Assembly (NCBI RefSeq): GCF_032062105.1
Contig: NW_026929847.1
Location: 1 to 64,000, forward strand
Direction: 5' to 3'
Origin: Saccostrea cucullata
Lineage: Eukaryota
Length of the DNA: 64,000 bases
Shown: positions 37,738 to 50,990 of the stretch, piece by piece
How the letters are laid out: each line of letters starts with the position of its first letter
Position numbering within the stretch: the first letter of the stretch is position 1
Position numbers and translations under genes: made by a program
The notes under the pieces: generated by a model
What the model saw: only the letters and a program-made list of their open reading frames with translations
What the model was told of the DNA's origin: nothing
Database searches by the model: none

Positions 37738-40010
37738 CGGTGTAAAGACGAATAATGACCCCCATCGAATAATGACCGGGGGTCATTTTTCAACGACAAA
37801 AAATGACCCCCCACCAGTAGAAAAAAGATCATTTTTTATAGAAAAAGTCTTAGGGGTCATTATTTTATATGTTAGTCCTATAAAAAATTGACCCCATTGA
37901 AAAAATGACCCCCTTTAAAGTGATACAAATTTAAAACAGGTGAAAGGAAAAAATATGCTGTATATTATAAGTGTTCTTTCTTTGATTAATATTGACAAAT
38001 CGGTTTTAAGCAATTAATCTTCGTTTCTCTGAAAAAGGAACAAACCTAAAAGATCAAAGTTTGTACATGTAAATGGATCAAACGCACGCTGGAGATGAAA
38101 TTTATGAATATAATTTTTTTTCCTTTACTGACTCCATTGATACGTTGTTTCAGAAAAAAAAATATTTGTTGGGAAAAAGTAGAAATGTGAAGCAGACGAA
38201 TTAATATCGGTGCGTATACTTAAGTACATGTATTTTGCTCGAATTAATAAGGTTTCATTCGGAGGAGTTAGTAAAAATAGAAATGGATGACAGGACGCCC
38301 CAAACTGTATATTTTTTATATGTTCCATCCTATACATGCAGAGTAACAATTGAAAATAAGTAGAATAGTAGATTATTTTAAGCTTATTTTTAGTACCTCC
38401 TTATAGAAAAATAAAGGTAGGGTATTTTTTTGTTGCTTTTGTTGATATCAACTTCCTCCTAAATAAGCATGGGGTGGGGTGGGTATAACACCTAAAAATA
38501 TGCTCTGTAAAGCTATGGGCTAGTGTAAAATACACATTCTAATGGAAAAACTATACATTTGGAAATACCCTTTTGATTTAGCACACAGTATTCAATACAT
38601 TTTTTGATTATTGTTTTACCTCAACATTTTACACAGTTCTGAGTATATTTTTCAGAGAATTTGATATGAAAATCAGAACAAACATTTTCATTTTTGTAAC
38701 GCCTTTATACTGTGTCATAATATGAAAAATTAATTAAGAGCATTTCTTTTTATGTCCCCTTAATTTTCGGGGGTATATAGTTTTATCGTGTCCGTCGGTC
38801 TGTTTTCCGCAAAAACTTAACCTTGACTATAACTTTTCATTTATTGGAGGTATGATTTTCATATTTAATATGTGTATTCCTTGTTACAAGACCTTACTTT
38901 GGGTACCACCAAATTTGACCTTTTGATCTTTACCTTAGATTTTATCCTATTTTACACAAAAATGCCAAATTTTTACTTTGGCCATAACTTTTTAATGGTA
39001 GATACTAGTACTCTCATACTTCACATATGTAATTTTTCAGGGCATGACCTTTCATTGGATACTAAATCTTTGACCTTTTGACCTTGACCTTGGAGATTCC
39101 CGTACTTATGTTAAAAACTTTAACCTTGGTCATACCTTTTGAACGGTAAAGGCTTGGGTTTTCATACTTCACATATGTAATCCTTGTTACATTAAACATT
39201 TCTTAAGAAACCATCAATTTTGGCCCTTTGAGTTTGACCTACCTTTCAAAAACTTATCCTTAGCCATTACTTTTAAACAAGTGGTGCTAGGGGTTTCCTA
39301 TTTTGCAATTGTATTTCTTGTGAGAAGACCCTACTTTGGGTACCAATATATTTAAATTGCATTTAAGAAAAGTTTAATCTTCGTTATGTTGCCTTTCAGG
39401 GGCATAGCTGTTTCACAAACACATCTTTTTATATATAAGAGAATTTGCGGATAAGAGATGGATACCCCAAATTGTGACAGACGGACGGACATCCCGATCA
39501 CTATATAACCTTCCGCTTTTCAAGCGGAGGATATAATAATATATAATACTGCTGATTTTTTTTCTATCAGTACGATGATTTCCACTATCGATAAATGTTT
39601 ACCTAACCCTTTTGGTTTGACAAATCTTTTACTCTTTTAGATTCTGAATCATGGACCTTACAATATAGCTATAATTGTATAATGTTATGAGATCAATCAA
39701 CATATAATCAATTCATTCCCAATTAGCTCAGGTGAGATTTTGGCCAATATGCTTCTTAATTTAATTTTTTTGCCCCCTAAAAATTTCAGTTTCATCTACA
39801 GGGAGTCATTTTTCTACGGGGGTCATTTTTGTTCACGTGGGTTTTGCATATTTTTAGGGAAGTGACACTTTTTCTACGGGCAAAAGGGTCATTTTGCAAT
39901 GTCGAATAATGACCGGGGGTCATTTTTCGCCGTAGAATATTGACCGGGCGGATTTTTCGCTGTCGAAAAATGACTCCCGCAGTCATTATTCGATGGGGGT
40001 CTTTACACCG
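37738..40010. mobile_element. ~2.3-kb non-autonomous TIR element with aatgacccc subterminal repeats and nested Helentron-type fragments (~38745-39530)
   Basis: cggtgtaaagac ... gtctttacaccg, with multiple aaatgacccc/ggggtcattt copies at both ends. No clear TSD. Confidence 0.7.
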
Positions 40011-41049
40011 GTCTTCATATAAATTGTCCCAATTAATATAAAAGATAGATGTTTAAAAATTCACAATTTTAGAGAATATTGAATATATTACGTCTATCCA
40101 AAATTTTGTATTAGCATCGGTCGCATGTTATCAAGTTTTAAAAATTGTCTACGTCTTTTTCGAACAACCCTCGTAAGTTTCAGCTTTCCGTGCCCAGTGG
40201 TTCTTAAGAGAGACAGGATGCTTTCATCAGGTGAGATATTGTGCAGAAAAGATTAACGTTATACATGTAGTGCATCATAGTTGATACATTAATTCATATC
40301 CTTCATATTTAAGATAAGCTGCAGAACAGTAGCTTCATCAGTTCATATTTATTAGTCTATGTTTATAACGCTACAGATCCCATAATGCAAAAAGTGTGCA
40401 ATTTTCGGCGCAAGATGTTTTACGCACTATTGGGGAGAATATTTCCAATTTCAAGCATTGGTCAATCAACCAGTTTTCACTCTTTAAAGCTGAACAGGAA
40501 TCGTTAGAGGAATGTATGCACCATTTTTGTTTGGATTTTAACTGGAGACCCCTATTTATAAGGTTTGACTAAGACACTGTTAATTATAATCAGTCAACAA
40601 TGAAGTAGACATAGTATGCTATACAGTACGCGTTAGCGACAAAAAACCCAGCATGACACCACCCTCAAATACAGGTAAACATACATTTATTAAGTAATAC
40701 TTATTGAATCAATGGCCATCTCTGCATAGCAGGGATTCTAGCCGTAAGTTCTTTTACATACCTGTATCTACTTCATGTATGCAAAGTCCATAATTTGTTA
40801 CTCTCGGTTAAGAATCTTAATAGAAACCTTGCACTTCTGTTCAAATTTTATGAACTAAGTATTGATGGGCTCTATTGGTCTATTTTGATCAATTCCATTA
40901 CAAAATAATTTACATAATCATAGTTCATTGTACCAACAACAAAATCAACTTTGTTCTATTAAGGTTATTACAGTTCATGGAATTAAGTTCACCATTAATA
41001 ACTAAAATGATTGTGATATGAAGTTAATGCAGTCCGAGTTTAAGGTGTT

Positions 41050-41415
41050 CAAATAAAATGTCTTTTTTGAACCCTATAGATTTACAGGGTCATAATTTGA
41101 ACAAACTTACTTCTACACTACCTGAGGATGCATTCACATAAGTTTTATTTTTCCTGTCCGAGTGTGATTCTTGAGAAGATTTTTGTAAGATACCTAATTT
41201 TCACTAATTCTTATTTATTTCCCCTTGAAAGAGAGTGTTGCCCTTCATTTAAACATACTTGAATCTCCTTTACCCAGGAATGTTTCATGGTAAGTTCGGT
41301 TGAAATTGGCCCAATGGATCTAGAGAAGAAGTCGAAAATATGAAAAGTTAAGACAGACAGACAGACGAACAAAATCTAATCAGAAAAGCTCGCATGAGCT
41401 TTCAGCTCAGGTGAT
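41050..41415 (-). mobile_element. Helentron-associated element, reverse orientation relative to 16885..18030
   Basis: (agac)n and atcagaaaagctcgcatgagctttcagctcaggtga. Confidence 0.7.
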
Positions 41416-43124
41416 CTTATAAAGCTAAAATATTGCACAAAAGAAGATTGACGTTATATATAGTGCATTATAGTAACTGTTAATACATTAATTCATATCC
41501 CTCATATATACGATATATATAAGCTGCAGAATAGCATTGTGATTTTATAAACATGTATATTAGTCTTTGACCATAATGCTACAGATCCCGTAATACAAAA
41601 CGTGTGCAATTTAAGGTACAAGATGTTTTGTGCTCTATTGGGGAGAATTTCTACAATTTCCAGCATTGGTCAATCAACCATTTTTCACTTTTTAAAGCTG
41701 GATAGGAATCGTAAAAGGAATGTGTGCATCATTTTTGTACGAATTTTCGCTAAATCTTAAAACCCGTATTTAAAGGGTTTGACTTATATAAACGGAGTAT
41801 GCTATACAGTACTCGGTAGCGACAAAAATAACTGATATCCGCATAATTCTCTTAAATCATTATCAAAATACCTTAAGTTTTATAGGACAATGTTCTATAA
41901 GGAAATTTGTTTATCAATTTTATGATTTTAAGTGTATGATTCTATCATAGGTAATTCTAAATTAATAAATCGAACTTTCATTGATACTATTTCGTTAAAA
42001 TGTTCAAATTGACTTCTTACAAATAAATATTTTTTTAGGTACTTTGCACATTTCAATACTTGTCTTGATTTTGTGAAATTGCAGCTTTGAAAAATGACAA
42101 AACAGCCTAACGAAATCATGTGAACGGATGTGATATTAAAGTATAGTTTATCTTTCAACATACTAGTAGTAAATTGTAAAAAATTTTTTACATTTGTGGT
42201 TTGAAACTTTGAAATTTTGTGTTGGAAGTTAACTTTCATGATGCTAGTTTCCACTCTGAAAATGCCATCTTCATAACATGGAAGGCAGTCGAACATATGA
42301 GAAATACTTCTATCATCTTGCGCCTTGTTGTCATCTTAATGTACAGACAGTACAGAAATTACTCTAACTGCACTGTTTCTGTATGAAGGCAAGGTAAAAG
42401 TAAGCTTTAAAATGAATGAATACAAAAACGGTTGCATTTAAAGAGAAACTATCAAAATAAACATTTGGAAACTCTCACAGTATATATGTGTGAAGTATGT
42501 TAAAAGTAAAGGAATATGATAAAAATTAAGTTATAAATCAAATTAGAGATATATTTTGTTGTCACTTTCCACAATTTTGCATTACAACAATGTGATTTTA
42601 ATTTGTGCGAAAATTCATGTGAATTTAAAAAAGCGTTGAGCTGTATAGTTCCCTGCTGATACTTCGTCTAATACAGGAAAGTAAGATATCAAAGAAAACC
42701 TATAATTCAAGTTGGACTGGTCATTGCAGTATTCAAACAAAAACAGATAGACGTAACTGTAATTAAATGTAAACAGAGGTAATGACAAAATTTTATTTAA
42801 TTCCAGTACCACTCACGGTACCGAAGTAACCAGATTTCGTTTCATGGCACCGATGCAGTTAGACAATTCCACGATACTAGTGTGAAGAAAATGATTGTAT
42901 GACAAAACCTTATACCTCTTGAATAAAGAATATGGAGATAACAAACAGTATTCAATATCAAAGTCTATAAAACAATACAAATTATGAGCAGAGCAAACAT
43001 GGACCTCCAAAACATCAGAGTTTAGATCAGGTGCCATTGAGGGGTGAGCATCTCCTGACTGGTCACACCCGCTGTGGCTCTTTGTCATCATCGGGAAATA
43101 ACGGGAGAATCCGTCGTCAATCCA

Positions 43125-46100
43125 CACTACTGAATTAAATATCCCCTTAGATTCCAAAAAATCCCCTGTTGTCCCCCTGTCAGTCCCTGACATTTTCCTG
43201 TCTCTCCCTGACTTTCTTCTATGATCCCCTGTCGTTGTCCCTGCTCTCCCTGTCCAGTCCCTGTCGTCCCCTGTCGTTGTCCCTGCCTTTCCTGTCTACT
43301 CCCTGTCGTCCCCTGACATTCTCTGATCTCCCTGTCCAGTCCCTGTCGTCCCCTGTCGTTGGCCCTGCCTTACCTGTCTACTCCCTGTCGTCCCCTGACA
43401 TTTATTTTGGCCAAGAAAAGGAGTTTAAAAAACATTTCTGTTGCATTTAAGAGTGAAGAATGATATAGTCTTGAAAACTTTAAGTATATTTTTTTCTATA
43501 ATATAGACTTAGTAAAAAGTTAACACATTTTTAAATGACTGAACTTAATCCCCTGTAATTTAGTTTCTAAACTTGTATAAATGTGATTTTTTTTGGTTCG
43601 GTAGCATTTCGGGTGAAGGACGGCAGAGAATTGCATCGATTCTAAAGAAGAAATAAATTAACAATTTATTTCATCTTGTGATGGTAGACGGCATATACAT
43701 TGTACTTTATGAACCTTTTATCTATATTCAAAAACTTTTTCATTTTTTATTTGATCTATTTTGAAACATCTTTGAGCGTAATAACTGTCTTTGTAAAAGA
43801 ACTAGATTTAAACAATTCGGAATACATTATCAAATCCATGCATGGGATATTTTGTTTTCCCAAAGAATTAAATGAATAAAAAATGAATTGAAAGGAATGA
43901 TATATAAATGCATTAATAAAATAAATTTTTATTTAATAAATAAAAATTATTAAATAAAGTAAAAACTAGTATATTCATTCATTTTCTTATGTGAATAAAT
44001 CTACAAATCGACTGAATTAAGAATGAATGAATTAATGAATAAATAAATGAATAAATGAATGAATGAATGAATGAATGAATAAATAAATAAATAAATAAAT
44101 AAATGAAAAAATAAATAAATAATGAGAATTATATAAAGTTATTCATTTATTTGTTTATTTTTTAATTTATCACTCATTTATATCCCCAAAATGTGTTTTA
44201 TATGTTTTGATTTAATTATTTGCTGAAATATGCTACAAAGTATTTAATTGGCATATTTAAACGACTTTTTATTACTTTAAGTCCATGATGGGTATCAAAA
44301 TGATCTTCTCATTATGCACAATATTAATCTGTCACTTTTGATACTTTGTTTTGATTAAAAAATCGGTTTTCAAAACCCTAACACGGTTCTAAAACAACAT
44401 CAAAGCCATTGATGTTTACCAGTAATTAACTCGGGGTACACAGTCACGACACCTATTATCTTTTTCACTGACCGCTCTACCCTGTTTATGTTGTGGCAGG
44501 ACGACCGTGTGTAGTTTGCAGCTGTTTGAAATAACATTTTCTCTTTGTAAGAGAACTTAATTTTTTTTTCAATCAAAACAAAATAAAAGTATCAAAGAAG
44601 CTATTGACGGGTAAAGATTGTGCATAATGAGACGATTATTTTGATATCCATCATGGAAGTAAAATAATTAAAAGCAGATTTAATATGCTTCAAAAATACT
44701 TTGACACATATTTTTTCGTAAATAGTTTTACATAAAATACCAAAAAAATCCCATTTTCGGGTATTTGATTATTTAATTTGTTTGTATCGTCAATTTTAAA
44801 GATAAAAAAAGATTGTTTTTATAATAAAAAAAATACATGCAGTTAATAAGTTTATTTTTTCTTTTTTTGTTTACTAACTATTTAAAATCAATTATTGTAT
44901 TGATTTTAAAAAACTGAATTATTCCAAAATGCACCAATACCCCCTGCTCTCTCTCCCTTTTTTTCTTCTCTTTTTTTTTATCCAAATGGTACAGCGTCAA
45001 ACCAGTATTTAACGAATCTGTTTACAGATTGCAGCGAAATAAATTCATAGTAAATAAATAAAATACAATAAATGAATAACAAAAAAATTATTAATAAAAT
45101 ATCAATCTTTTATTTTTGAAATTGAAAAAAACAACAGATTAATGAATCATTTATATCTGCAAGAAATTGTGTTTCTTTAGTTTTATTTTATATACGCACT
45201 TGCATCCGTAGATGTGCTACAAGGTATTTTATTAGCGTATTAAAACGCTTTTTTTTTATTATTTTAAGTATATGATGGATATCAAAATAATCGTCTCATT
45301 ATGCACAATATTAATCTGTCAATTTGATTTTTGATACATTGATTTGATTGAAAAAAAAATCGGTTTTCAAAACCGTAACACGATTCTGAAAGAACATCAA
45401 AGCCATTGACGTTTACCAGTAATTAACTCGGGGTACACAGTACACAGTTATGACACCTATTGTCTTTCTCGCTGACCGCTATACCTTGTTTATGTTGTGT
45501 TCAGAGTGACCGTGTACAGTTTGCAACTGTTTGAAATAACATTTTCTCTTTTTATAAGAACTGATTTTTTTTCTATCAAAACAAAATAAAAGTATCAAAG
45601 AAACTATTAACGGGTAAATATTGTGCATAATGAGACAATTATTTTGATATCCATCATGGAAGTAAAATAAATAAAAGCAGTTTAAATATGCTTAAAAAAT
45701 ACTTTGATACATATTTATCGTAAATCAGTTTACATAGAATATGCCAAACAAATCCCATTTTCGGGTATATGATTATTTAGTTTGCTTGTATCGTCAATTT
45801 TGAAAATAAAAACATTGTTTTTATAATGATTAAATACATGCAGTTAATTAGTTTGTTTATTTTTTTTTAATTTACTTACTATTTAAAATCAATTATTGTA
45901 TTGATTTTAAAAACTAAAATATTCCAAAATGCGCCAGTACCCCTGCTGTCTTTACTTCTTTTTTTTTTTTACAAAAGGTAGAGAGTCACTCCATTATTAA
46001 ATGAATAAAACATGAATAAAACAAAACTAAGGAAACACAATTTCTTGTAGATATAAATGATTGACTAATTTGTTGCATTTTCAATTTCAAAAATAAATAA

Positions 46101-47194
46101 ATTGATATTTTATTTATATTTATTTCATTATTTTTTTAAATATTTTTTTCTTATTTATTTACTATGTATTTATTTCGCTGTAATCTGTTTTATTCATTAA
46201 ATACTGGTTTGACTTTTACCATTTGTAAGAAAAAAGTCAGCAGGGGGTATTGGCGCATTTTAGAATATTTTAGTGTTTAAAACCAATACATAATTGATTT
46301 AAATAGTAAGTAAATTAAAAAAAACTTATTAACTGCATGTATTAAATCATCATTAAAACAATGTTTTTATTTTTTAAATTGACGGGCAAGAGAACTAAAT
46401 AATCATATACCCGAACATTTGATTTGTTTGGCATATTCTATGTAAACTGATTTACGATAAATATGTGTCAAAGTATTTTTGAAGCATATTAAATCTGCTT
46501 TTAATTATTTTACTCCCATGATGGATATCAAAATAATCGTCTCATTATGCACAATCTTTACCCGTCAATAGGTTCTTTGATACTTTTATTTTGTTTTGAT
46601 GAAAAAAAAATTAAGTTCTCTTACAAAGAGAAAATGTTATTTCAGATAGTTGCAAACTGTACACGGTCACTCTGAACACAACATAAACAAGGTATAGCGG
46701 TCAGCGAGAAAGACAATAGGTGTCATAACTGTGTACTGTGTACCCCGAGTTAATTACTGGTAAACATCAATGGCTTTGATGTTCTTTCAGAATCGTGTTA
46801 CGGTTTTGAAAACCGATTTTTTTTTTCAATCAAATCAATGTATCAAAAATCAAATTGACAGATTAATATTGTGCATAATGAGACGATTATTTTGATATCC
46901 ATCATGTACTTAAAATAATAAAAAAGCGTTTTAATACGCTAATAAAATACTTTGTAGCACATCTACGGATGCAAGTGTTTATATGAAATAAAACTAAAGA
47001 AATACAATTTCTTGCAGATATAAATGATTCATTAATCTGTTGTATTTTTAATTTCAAACATAAATAGATTGATATTTTATTAATAATGTTTTTTATTATT
47101 ATTCATTTATTTTATTTTATTTATTTACTATGAATTTATTTTGCTGCAATCTGTTTTATTCGTTAAATACTGGTTTGACTTTGTACCATTTGTC

Positions 47195-47225
<31 letters not shown>

Positions 47226-49126
47226 AAGAAAAAAGAAAAAAAAGTAAGAGACAGCAGGGGGTATTGGTGCATTTTGGAATAATTCAATTTTTAAAATCGA
47301 TAGAATGAATGATTTTAAATAGTTAGTAAACTAAAAAAAATAAATAAATAAATAAACCTTATTAACTGCATGTATTTATTTATTATAAAAACAATCTTTT
47401 TTTATTTTTAAAATTGACGGTACAAACAAACTTAATAATCAAATACCCGAAAATGGGATTTTTGGGGCTTATTTTATGTTAAACTATTTACGAAAAAATA
47501 TGTGTCAAAGTATTTTTGAAGCATATTAAATCTGCTTTTAATTATTTTACTTCCATGATGGATATCAAAATAATCGTCTCATTATGCACAATCCTTACCC
47601 GTCAATAGCTTCTTTGATACTTTTATTTTGTTTTGATTGAAAAAAAAAAATTAAGTTCTCATACAAAGGGAAAATGTTTTTTCAAACAGCTGCAAACTAC
47701 ACACGGTCGTCCTGCCACAACATAAACAAGGTAGAGCGGTCAATGAAAAAGATAATAGGTGTCGTGACTGTGTACCTCGAGTTAATTACTGGTAAACATC
47801 AATGGCTTTGATGTTGTTTTAGAACCGTGTTAGGGTTTTGAAAACCGATTTTTTAATCAAAACAAAGTATCAAAAGTCTAATTGACAGATTAGTATTGTG
47901 CATAACGAGACGATCATTTTGATACCCATCATGGACTTAAAGTAATAAAAAGTCGTTTAATTATGCCAATAAAATACTTTGTAGCATATTTCAGCAAATT
48001 ATTAAATTAAAACTAATAAAACACATTTTGGGGATATAAATGAGTGATAAATTAAAAAATAAACAAATAAATGAANNNNNNNNNNNNNNNNNNNNNNNNN
48101 NNNNNNNNNNNNNNNNNNNNNNNNNNNNNNNNNNNNNNNNNNNNNNNNNNNNNNNNNNNNNNNNNNNNNNNNNNNNNNNNNNNNNNNNNNNNNNNNNNNN
48201 NNNNNNNNNNNNNNNNNNNNNNNNNNNNNNNNNNNNNNNNNNTTGTAGATTTATTCTCATAAGAAAATGAATGAATATACTAGTTTTTACTTTATTTAAT
48301 AATTTTTATTAATTAAATAAAAATTTATTTTATTAATGCATTTATATATCATTCCTTTCAATGAATTTTTTATTCATTTAATTCTTTGGGAAAACAAAAT
48401 ATCCCATGCATGGATGTGATAATGTATTCCGAATTGTTTAAATCTAGTTCCTTTACAAAGACAGTTATTACGCTCAAAGATGTTTCAAAGTAGATCAAAT
48501 AAAAAATGAAAGAGTTTATAAGTATACATATAAAAGGTTCATAAAGTACAATGCATATGCCGTCTACCATCACAAGATGAAATAAATTGTTGATTTATTT
48601 CTTCTTTAGAATCGATGCAATTCTCTGCCGTCCTTCACCCGAAATGCTACCGAACCAAAAAAAATCACATTGATACAAGTAAGAGAAACTAAATTACAGG
48701 GGATTAAGTTAAGGCATTTAAAAATGTGTTCATTTTTTACTAAGTCTATATTTTAGAAAAAATATACTTAAATTTTTGAAGACTATATCATTCTTCACTC
48801 TTAAATGCAACAGAAATGTTTTTTAAACTCTTTTTCTTGGCCAAAATAAATGTCAGGGGACGACAGGAAGTAGACAGGGAAGGCAGGGCCAACGACAGGG
48901 GACGACAGGGACTGGACAGGGAGATCAGAGAATGTCAGGGGACGACAGGGAGTAGACAGAGAAGGCAGGGACAACGACGGGGGACGACAGGGACTGGACA
49001 GGGAGAGCAGGGACAACGACAGGGGATCATAGGAGAAAGTCAGGGAGAGACAGGAAAATGTCAGGGACTGACAGGGGGACAACAGGGAATTTTTTGGAAT
49101 CTAAGGGGATATCTAATTCAGTAGTG
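43125..49126. mobile_element. ~6-kb non-coding foldback element with CACTA termini and 3-bp TSD (CCA), inserted in a Penelope-like fragment
   Basis: cca|CACTACTGAATT ... AATTCAGTAGTG|cca. Arms are reverse-complementary up to a short spacer near 46010-46190. Subterminal tccctg/gtc repeats at 43165-43400 and 48850-49085. Confidence 0.9.
48076..48242. other. Assembly gap
   Basis: N run. It mirrors the (GAAT)/(AAAT) microsatellite at ~44020-44125 in the other arm. Confidence 0.99.
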
Positions 49127-50990
49127 CCAGTGTCTGAGTAAAGAACTAACAATTTGTATGAAAAAACGTCAGTCAGTATTTGACTCAATGATAAATTGTT
49201 TTTGCTGACGAGGTCATTGTATCAACCATAAAACTTACAAATTATGACTTTAAACGAGACTGCTTTTTTTCATCAACTTGTTTAATCAATAATTTATCTT
49301 GTTTTAGAAATTGTTCATACGTAGAGCAGGTTCTTGCGTATCGAATCAACTGAGATAAATAAACTCTGTATGCAGCTTATGAAGGTATATTGCTGCATAG
49401 GTAAGGAAATTGACGATAGAAAAGTTAAGGATTTTAGATTACCATTAACGTCACACACAATACTTTGCGATTTATACCAAGTTATGCCAATACAAAACGG
49501 TTTACAAAAAATATAAATTAGAACCTGGAAATTAACACTAAAATGGACGTAAAATGAAGGAAACAAAAAGGGCAACTTAAAAGAGACCATGCATTTCCAA
49601 AAAGTTTGAATGAGACAAAATTTAATCCACCTCTCATCCTAATAAAGTCATCTCTGAAGGCGATAAACTGGGTAGATGTGAACTACCGTTATCTTTTGGA
49701 TTGCAGATAATTCAAATCAAGCTAGTTCATTGCCTTATGAGACGACTTCAAAGGGTTGAGAGGTGATTAAAATATATAGATTGGTTTAATAATATGTTTA
49801 AAATGAATGAATGAAAAATTGATTCAATGTTTTTCTTTTGTTTCACGTTCTTTTTCTGAATTACCCCATAGGAATTCGTGGTCTGCGCAAAACCCCAATG
49901 GTATGTTTTCAGTACGGTCCGATGAATCGTTACCTATGAGATGAGTTGCTCTAAAATGCGATGGTCTGACATATCAAAGTCCGATGGTGTGAAGAAACGT
50001 TTATGACGTCTCAACAATCCGACATCAATCCTTGACATTGTTCTTCTAAATTCAAAAGTCATCATTTCTGAAATCGTCCTCGCACTCAGTTTTATTGATT
50101 TTGCTTATTGCTGGCACCTTCCAGATATATTAGGTTTAATTCTCGTACACCACTCGACCCATAGGCGTCGTAAGCAAACTGAAAGTGGGAGAGGGGTAAT
50201 TGAAAGTTGTTAAAAAGGTAGACCCTAATTTTCAATGCCTATGTTATGTATACATATATTTGTAAAAAAGTTTTTTCAACCCCCAATCCCCCCGGTTCCG
50301 ACCCCTGAGCGACCGATTAGTGTTAGTTCTTCCTTCACACCAACCAGAGGGTTAGTCCCTGCACACTATTCGAGTAAGTAGCGTTAGTCTCGCATCCATC
50401 CAAGATATCTAGTTTATAGTTGTTACACACTTTTCGAAAGATAAGTGTTATTTTCGAAACCATCCGAGAGATTAGGGTTAGTTTTAACATTAAGATTTTT
50501 TTTACGAATTTGGCAGGTCGAGGCATTGTAGTGTGGCGCAGTAGCACTATGACGTCATAAATGTTAATTGTTTGCACCCTCAGGCTCATAACATTGGGGT
50601 TTGGCAAGACCATTGTACTTTGGCATGACCATCAGACTTTGGAGACCCATCGCACTTTGGAGTCCTACATATATATAACGCTACTGTGATGCAACTAATT
50701 TTGTATTCTCTTTACCATATTTACCAAGTGAAATATTCTTGTAAAAATGAAAATGATCCTATCCTGAAGAGAAACTTTAGATACATACTGATAGGTTTCT
50801 GTTTCATATTAACTTTTATACACACTATCCTTGAGTAATGAAGTTAAATATTTAAAATGACAAATTTTAATTGCAAGCATGCACAAAAATATCAATTTGA
50901 TTACTTAAATATATCATTAATGTTTGTAGTTCCAACGGCAGATGAGGTGATTTCCAGCGACGCAATATTTGTAGTCTGTTTCAAATGGGA

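Noticed and set aside
43169-49124. Twin 93-aa ORFs (43169..43450 and 48801..49082) and a G/Q/R-rich ORF
   Set aside because: They are translations of the mirrored subterminal repeats of the foldback element, with no transposase motifs.
43125-49126. Palindrome as an assembly fold-back artefact
   Set aside because: The arms differ at many positions, and the element has proper termini, a TSD and a host sequence that resumes correctly. Read-level confirmation is still desirable.
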